From positions 1 through 40,666 of the forward strand of contig JAFYKU010000056.1 of NCBI GenBank assembly GCA_017537405.1: DNA of 40,666 nucleotides, read 5' to 3'. Shown in pieces: positions 35,649 to 40,666 of this stretch. Each line of letters starts with the position of its first letter. Positions within the stretch are counted from its first letter, which is position 1. This DNA is from Clostridia bacterium. GTDB taxonomy: Bacteria > Bacillota > Clostridia > Christensenellales > UBA1242. Position numbers and translations under genes: made by a program. Below the pieces are notes generated by a model. That model searched no databases and was not told the DNA's origin. It was given only the letters and a program-made list of their open reading frames with translations.

Positions 35649-35873
35649 TTATTGGTTTTGATTGTCGGGGTTTTTCTCGTACTCAATTTCGGCGCGCAGT
35701 TCTTCAATTTCTTGTTGCATTTGTATGTTATTTCTTTCCAAATTTGTGAGTTGTGTATGATAAAAAGCAATGAATCCAAATTGAATTAACAAAGTCACAA
35801 TCAAGACCACAAAAGCCACAGTTGTCATGGTGGCAAATAATTGCATCCTTTTCAGTAAGTCTTCTTGTTGCAT
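35649..35873 (-). CDS. small bitopic coiled-coil protein, FtsB/DivIC/FtsL-like
   Basis: A single transmembrane segment (TVAFVVLIVTLLIQFGFIAF) is followed by a heptad-like LTNLERNNIQMQQEIEELRAEIE. The call rests on architecture only. Confidence 0.45.
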   Translation of the reverse strand: MQQEDLLKRMQLFATMTTVAFVVLIVTLLIQFGFIAFYHTQLTNLERNNIQMQQEIEELRAEIEYEKNPDNQNQ

Positions 35874-35930
35874 TACTTATAAGATACACTGCCAGCCATT
35901 TTTTGCCAAACGAAAACATAAACATAAAAC

Positions 35931-36677
35931 ATGGCATGGTATACTGCAATCTTTTTAGGATTGGTGCAAGGGTTGGCTGAATTTTTGCCGATTTCGTCCA
36001 GTGGACATTTGTTATTGTTTGAACACTTGTGTGGTATTACGGACGGTGGCTTATTATTAACCCTGATTTTGCATTTGGCAACTTTACTGGCGGTAGTTGT
36101 TGTTTACCGTCAACGCTTGTGGCAGCTGATTCGCCACCCGTGGCAAAAACAAACATGGCAACTGCTGTTGGCGACAGTTATAACTTGTGGCATGGTCATA
36201 TTATTTAAAGACATGATTGATAGTTTATTTTCATTGGCAGCCCTGCCTTATTTATTTTTATTATGTGGTTGCTATCTGTTGTTGCCAACTCTTTGGCGTC
36301 CGCACGAAACAGCACACCCGTGGGTGCAAAGCTTCGCCATGGGACTGGCGCAAGGAATTGCCGTGGTGCCGGGATTATCACGCAGTGGGGTCACAATTAC
36401 GACGGGGCGTTTAACAGGTATGAGCTCGGCGGCAGCCACCGACTTTTCATTTTTAATGTCAATTCCGATTATTTTAGCTTCGTTGGTGTATGAATTATTG
36501 CAAGGCGGTACAATTCAAATGTTGGGTTTCGGTAATGTGATGTTAGCGTTTGTAACGGCTTTTGTGTCGGGTATTGTTGCCATTAAAATGATGCTGAACA
36601 TGACAAAAAAAATAGACCTACGCTGGTTTGCGGTCTATTTATTTGTGCTGGGTGTCGGATTACTTATTTGGTTGTAA
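35931..36677 (+). CDS. uppP: undecaprenyl-diphosphate phosphatase (BacA family)
   Basis: Motifs are GLVQGLAEFLPISSSGHL and PGLSRSGVTITTG. The protein is polytopic. Confidence 0.9.
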   Translation: MAWYTAIFLGLVQGLAEFLPISSSGHLLLFEHLCGITDGGLLLTLILHLATLLAVVVVYRQRLWQLIRHPWQKQTWQLLLATVITCGMVILFKDMIDSLFSLAALPYLFLLCGCYLLLPTLWRPHETAHPWVQSFAMGLAQGIAVVPGLSRSGVTITTGRLTGMSSAAATDFSFLMSIPIILASLVYELLQGGTIQMLGFGNVMLAFVTAFVSGIVAIKMMLNMTKKIDLRWFAVYLFVLGVGLLIWL

Positions 36678-36679
36678 GT

Positions 36680-37126
36680 TTATAATTCGCGTGTAAAATC
36701 ACGAATTGATGTTTTGGCTTTGGTGGGTGTTGGTTGTGCTGTCGTTGTGGGACGATTGATATGTTGCGCCATTTCGGGAGCGCGGGTCGGTGTTTTTAAA
36801 TGTTTTAACAAGTCTTTGATTGAAGCTTTGCCTGTGCGTTTAGTCAACCATTCGGCCGCAAAGCGTTTGGCAATTTCGTCCGCACTTAATCCAGTACTGA
36901 GCGCCAAAATTTGCCAATTCAGCATGGCGTAACCCAAATATTCAACCATTTGTTTTTGGCGTTCTTCGTTATATGCATGTTGATTGAAGTTAATTCCGTA
37001 AGCAATGTCTGCGATATCGCCCGCGCTTTTATTCAAACCTAAGCTGGCCATTAAGATTGATGCTTTGGTTGAAATGCCTTCTTCTTGCAAAAATTTTTCT
37101 GCGATTTCTTTGATATGTTCGTTCAT
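36680..37126 (-). CDS. hypothetical protein (helical N-domain, Pro/Thr-rich tail)
   Basis: An ATGA overlap links it to the upstream phosphoesterase gene at 37123-37126. I make no confident family call. Confidence 0.5.
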   Translation of the reverse strand: MNEHIKEIAEKFLQEEGISTKASILMASLGLNKSAGDIADIAYGINFNQHAYNEERQKQMVEYLGYAMLNWQILALSTGLSADEIAKRFAAEWLTKRTGKASIKDLLKHLKTPTRAPEMAQHINRPTTTAQPTPTKAKTSIRDFTREL

Positions 37127-37881
37127 GCTAAACTCCCTTTATTTTTATCATCATCAAATGAAATACCAAAACAAAACGGAGCAAAAACTTCTTTGCCCGG
37201 CAAGTCGGCATTTTGCATTTTAGTGACGAATTTTTTGCGATTAAATTTGACATCGACGCGATAAATATTGAAATTATCGTCTACGCCGTAATTGTCAATT
37301 ATATCAAACAAAGTATAGAAAGTGTTGTCTGATTTTACACAGCCCGAACTGCCTTGTAAGATGTATGAATGTTTTTCTTCATCAATTAAGATTTTGCGTT
37401 TGTGTAAATGACCGAAGAAAACAACATCGCACTTTTTGTTTTTGAAGTGTTTTTGTAAATCTTTTTCGGTAAATTCAATTTGCGTATCCAAAACTTTTTC
37501 GTTGGAGTCGTGGCAGTAGTGCGTAAACAGAATATTGGCACCTTTGTAATTAATTTTAATTTCCAACGGCATTTGCGCAATAAATTCCAAATCTTCGCGA
37601 TCCAAAGATGCAAAAGTTTTTTCAATCAACTCTTTATCCGCATAAGTTTGTGCGGTTGCGGATTCATCATATTTTGTAATGCGTTGTTCGTGGTTACCTA
37701 AAACACATTTAACTTTGTGTTTGCGTAATAATTTTATACAAGCTGCACTGTCTGGGCCAAATACAATGGCATCGCCCAAATAATAAACATCTGTAATTTT
37801 ACGATTGCGTTTAATGTCTTTTAAAATTGCTTCCAAGGCTTCTAGGTTGCCATGAATATCTCCGAATACTGCAATAGCCAT
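37123..37881 (-). CDS. metallophosphoesterase (calcineurin-like)
   Basis: The canonical MPE motifs are present: AVFGDIHGN, YLGDAIVFGPD, LGNHE and FFGHLH. Confidence 0.8.
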   Translation of the reverse strand: MAIAVFGDIHGNLEALEAILKDIKRNRKITDVYYLGDAIVFGPDSAACIKLLRKHKVKCVLGNHEQRITKYDESATAQTYADKELIEKTFASLDREDLEFIAQMPLEIKINYKGANILFTHYCHDSNEKVLDTQIEFTEKDLQKHFKNKKCDVVFFGHLHKRKILIDEEKHSYILQGSSGCVKSDNTFYTLFDIIDNYGVDDNFNIYRVDVKFNRKKFVTKMQNADLPGKEVFAPFCFGISFDDDKNKGSLA

Positions 37882-37884
37882 AAC

Positions 37885-38601
37885 TTATTGTACAGGGTTT
37901 GCCGCTTTTTTACAATCACAATATCGACAAGTCAAATAAGTTATTACGCCTAACGCCGGTGCTGCCAACAAAATTAAAAGATAGGGAAGTAGTCGGTTGG
38001 GATATAAATCTGTGATTATAATTGGGTCTGTGTTTGTCCACATGTAAACGCTCGCACCAGAATTTTCATCTTCGGTAACTAACGCGGCGTTTGATGAGCT
38101 GTGGCGGCGTTCAAACATATAGGTGATACCGTAATCAAAATGTCCGTTTTCCGGTAACAACGATAACGGATTAAAAACAGTTTGTGTATATTCAATTTTT
38201 AACGGACTTACTTTTTTATCCACGGTTACTTCTGGCAAATTGGCAAAAGTAATTAACACAGGATAAGCTTGCACAGCTTCATTTTCCAAAAAAGTTAAGT
38301 CGCAATCAATGTCGACAATTTTGGGCATATCTGTTTGTCCCGCGGTTAAAGTTATCAAGCGTTCCACATCAGCTTGCCAAGCGGTCAAATTTTGTGTGGT
38401 AAAATCGACACCGTCTTCGGGATATAAAAAAACTATTGTTTCGTAAGGATTAGCTTGTGCGTAAAATTCTGTACTTTCATCGTTAAAAATTTTCCAGTCC
38501 GAAAACATGGAAGCTGCGGTTAACCCAAAAGCTAAAGCAATATCAGCCAACAAAATGACGATTACAATCATAACAAGTTTAATCGAACTGGGCTTTTTCA
38601 T
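37885..38601 (-). CDS. hypothetical membrane protein (N- and C-terminal transmembrane segments)
   Basis: The N-terminal segment is LVMIVIVILLADIALAFGL and the C-terminal segment is LLPYLLILLAAPALGVITYL. The tail is Cys-rich (CRYCDCKK). Confidence 0.55.
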   Translation of the reverse strand: MKKPSSIKLVMIVIVILLADIALAFGLTAASMFSDWKIFNDESTEFYAQANPYETIVFLYPEDGVDFTTQNLTAWQADVERLITLTAGQTDMPKIVDIDCDLTFLENEAVQAYPVLITFANLPEVTVDKKVSPLKIEYTQTVFNPLSLLPENGHFDYGITYMFERRHSSSNAALVTEDENSGASVYMWTNTDPIIITDLYPNRLLPYLLILLAAPALGVITYLTCRYCDCKKAANPVQ

Positions 38602-38640
38602 TTACTCTATCAATATGGCAAGATTTACCCAAAATGTCAA

Positions 38641-39078
38641 TTAGCGTAAAATTACATTGCTGGAACGCGCAGAAATTGTGTCACCTTCAGATAAAATTAA
38701 ATTGGTATTGTGTTGATATTCTTTTACATAGTTGTTCACGCGCAAAGTAAAACTACGGTTGTTTTCGTCAGTAGCCAAAACAGCGTATTCGCCTGGACGC
38801 ACAGTCCCGCGTTTTTTAACGACATATTCAACCCCACATTGTAAAACTAAATCATTTTTTTGTAAGTTTACACTTAAATTTTTGCGTTGTTTAGTTATAT
38901 GTGCCACCACAATCGCTAAAATAATTCCAATTAAATAACCAACACCGCAAACAATACCAGCAATCAAAATTAATAATTTTTTATCAATAGCGGTCACATT
39001 GGTTGCAAGGTAAGCTCCCACGGCTAAACCTAAAGCAATGCTGGCGCAAGTCAAAAATAAACTTCTTAAAAATTTCAT
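38641..39078 (-). CDS. hypothetical membrane protein (2 transmembrane segments plus a soluble C-domain)
   Basis: Two hydrophobic segments are present. The Shine-Dalgarno sequence is aggaga. An extended -10 TGcTATAAT lies at 39097-39105 (minus strand). Confidence 0.55.
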   Translation of the reverse strand: MKFLRSLFLTCASIALGLAVGAYLATNVTAIDKKLLILIAGIVCGVGYLIGIILAIVVAHITKQRKNLSVNLQKNDLVLQCGVEYVVKKRGTVRPGEYAVLATDENNRSFTLRVNNYVKEYQHNTNLILSEGDTISARSSNVILR

Positions 39079-39240
39079 AAGGTTATCTCCTAACTTATTA
39101 TAGCATAAACCCCGAACGAAAGCGAATAATTTTTGGAGTTAACATATAGTTCCAACCCGCAACGCGGATTTTTCATCTTCATTCACTTATTATATAATTA
39201 AGCCTGCAATTTGTAAATGACACGGAATTTAATGATAATT

Positions 39241-39276
39241 AAAAAAGTGTTGCTATCAAAAACAACACTTTCTTTT
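39241..39276 (-). terminator. rho-independent terminator after the sigma-region-4 gene (bidirectional shape)
   Basis: The stem agtgttg (39246-39252) pairs with caacact (39263-39269). A and T runs flank it. Confidence 0.65.
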
Positions 39277-39320
39277 AAATCGCATTTATGTAGACACTGT
39301 GCGAATCAAATTCAGAATCG

Positions 39321-40049
39321 TTACTTGTCAAGACCAAATTTGTTTATTTCCTCCGACGAAAAAGAATCACTCAAATAGCTACTTTTTTGGGGTTGTCTCA
39401 ACCTTCTTAATGCTTTCTGTTCTATTTGTCTAATACGCGCTGTACTAAGACCATGAATCTTCGCAACTTCATGTAGAGCAAGCGGATTGCCATCATCAAG
39501 ACCGAAGCGTAAGCGTAAAACCGTTTCTTCGCGCGGTGATAACATTTGCAATACTTTATTTATATCTTCAGTTAAGATATTGTTTTCGGCAATTTCAATG
39601 GCATCTTGGCGATTATTTAACAAGGTATAGTCATTGCTTTTCAAACTTGTTTCAGGAAATGAATTTTTATCTAAATTTTTTAATTTATCGATACTAACCG
39701 TATTTTTTTGTATTTTTACTTTTTCCGTAGTTTCTAAGCCCACAAAATTATCATTAATGCAAACAGAAACCGCTTCATCGATGTTTGATGTTAATTCGTA
39801 TGCACGACACAAGCTTTCACGACTAATACCATACATTTTTGCAATTTGATTGATTGTCATTTTTTGACCAAAAAAATCAAGGTACTTCACCGGACCATGT
39901 TGTGTTACTTTTAAATTTTCAACAGCCTCGTTAATATCTCCAATTTCCTTGTATTTATATGTTAATACTTGAAAATTAAGACCATTCAATTTAGCAATTT
40001 CTTTGACACTCAGCTTTTGACCTTGATAGTCAATTAAAATTTTATCCAT
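39321..40049 (-). CDS. sigma-70 region 4-only protein with a duplicated N-terminal HTH-like module
   Basis: The C-terminus LSPREETVLRLRFGLDDGNPLALHEVAKIHGLSTARIRQIEQKALRRLRQP closely mirrors primary-sigma region 4.1-4.2. No region 2 motifs are present. The N-terminus holds two repeats of about 45 aa: GQKLSVKEIAKLNGLNFQVLTYKYKEIGDINEAVENL and GQKMTINQIAKMYGISRESLCRAYELTSNIDEAVSV. The Shine-Dalgarno sequence is aaagggga. Confidence 0.75.
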   Translation of the reverse strand: MDKILIDYQGQKLSVKEIAKLNGLNFQVLTYKYKEIGDINEAVENLKVTQHGPVKYLDFFGQKMTINQIAKMYGISRESLCRAYELTSNIDEAVSVCINDNFVGLETTEKVKIQKNTVSIDKLKNLDKNSFPETSLKSNDYTLLNNRQDAIEIAENNILTEDINKVLQMLSPREETVLRLRFGLDDGNPLALHEVAKIHGLSTARIRQIEQKALRRLRQPQKSSYLSDSFSSEEINKFGLDK

Positions 40050-40241
40050 ATAATTTTATTCCCCTTTTTATTGTTATAATTATATAACACGGTAAAACAG
40101 GAATCAATACCGCGCCGACAAAAAAATAAAAATTTTCAAAAAAAAGCACCCAGAATTTTTCAAGGTGTTCATTTTAGTTTTTGCTTGGCAAAGGTAACGA
40201 CGCAAAGCGAACCAATTAACAAAAACAACTTCAATATTTGA

Positions 40242-40562
40242 TTAATTGTTCTTATTCTTTTCCCAAATTTTTCTAACAAACTTCAAAGATAATGTCGATA
40301 AAATAAAGCCAAAAACTGGAACCAGTGATGATAACCAGATATTAGAAAATTTACTTATAATAAAAGAATAAAAAACAACGACAAAATAAGTTATTAGTAC
40401 AATACAAATTTTTCTGGTCCAACTTGTTTCCCACGCTTTATCAGTTTCAACTCTTTGGTTTCTTTGTTTAATTAAACTTACTTCTTGTTCTAAATTGTTC
40501 TTTGTAATAGAATCATCTTTTTCCATATGATAATATATATCATTGATTAATGCCAAAGACAA
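40242..40562 (-). CDS. small hypothetical membrane protein
   Basis: This 106-aa protein is AT-rich. It has two C-terminal hydrophobic segments, ICIVLITYFVVVFYSFII and LVPVFGFILSTLSL. Confidence 0.45.
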   Translation of the reverse strand: MSLALINDIYYHMEKDDSITKNNLEQEVSLIKQRNQRVETDKAWETSWTRKICIVLITYFVVVFYSFIISKFSNIWLSSLVPVFGFILSTLSLKFVRKIWEKNKNN

Positions 40563-40636
40563 GTCCTACAACTAAATTGGCATAGCAAACAAAATTAGGT
40601 TAGGTTTGAATTTGTCTGTTCGGATTAGTTTATGAA

Positions 40637-40666
40637 TGGCAGGGGTAGCAGGATTCGAACCTACGA
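40637..40666 (-). tRNA. partial tRNA (3' portion: T-arm, acceptor 3' strand, encoded CCA), truncated by the window edge
   Basis: The reverse complement reads tcGTAGGTTCGAATCCTGCTACCCCTGCCA. It has a T-loop consensus GGTTCGAATCC and a 7-nt acceptor strand, and it ends in CCA. The anticodon lies outside the window. Confidence 0.6.

Noticed and set aside
35588-35949. ORFs 35588-35779 and 35728-35949 overlap the FtsB-like gene and the uppP upstream region.
   Set aside because: They overlap the better-supported 35649-35873 ORF (a transmembrane segment plus coiled coil, tightly spaced before radC) in other frames. They have no supporting signals.
1-40666. I looked for CRISPR arrays, IS elements or transposases, integrases, rRNA genes and long non-coding direct or inverted repeats.
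   Set aside because: I saw no regularly spaced short repeats, transposase or integrase motifs, or rRNA-like sequence. The only repeats are coding paralogy (the array, and the Cys repeats) and the short intergenic motif.

Overview
This is an origin-proximal chromosomal segment of a low-GC bacterium. It uses the standard genetic code, because ORFs run intact across TGA-free frames. Gene content and protein motifs look Firmicutes/Mollicutes-like, which is inference only. The housekeeping core is clear. On the minus strand it reads dnaA, an orphan ORF, dnaN, an unknown gene, serS, glyQS, gmk and pyk. Diverging from it on the plus strand are rpmH, rnpA, yidC, jag, gyrB, gyrA and leuS. Further right lie miaA, lepB, radC, an FtsB/DivIC-like gene, uppP, a metallophosphoesterase and several small membrane proteins. 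A partial tRNA sits at the right edge. The unusual part is the left quarter (825-11527, all minus strand). A VWA/MIDAS protein with an HExxH metallopeptidase-like N-domain leads a tandem array of six diverged paralogs. These paralogs look like circularly permuted DUF6273-type units. Two of them are fused to well-conserved MoxR/AAA_5-like AAA+ ATPase modules. A third is translationally coupled to a small ATPase remnant that lacks a P-loop. Most paralogs carry a conserved promoter-like motif upstream. I regard this as the best candidate for an undescribed NTPase/VWA-based system with diversified heads, possibly for conflict, sensing or remodelling. Secondary oddities are listed here. There is an AT-rich ORF with an HEPN-like motif at the left edge. 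There is a membrane-anchored protein with His/Cys3 tandem repeats. The pyruvate kinase lacks its C-terminal domain. The dnaA-dnaN pair is interrupted. One protein has only sigma-70 region 4 behind a duplicated N-terminal module. Many promoters place the -10 hexamer 6-8 nt from the ATG, suggesting leaderless mRNAs. I saw no CRISPR array, IS element, integrase or rRNA.
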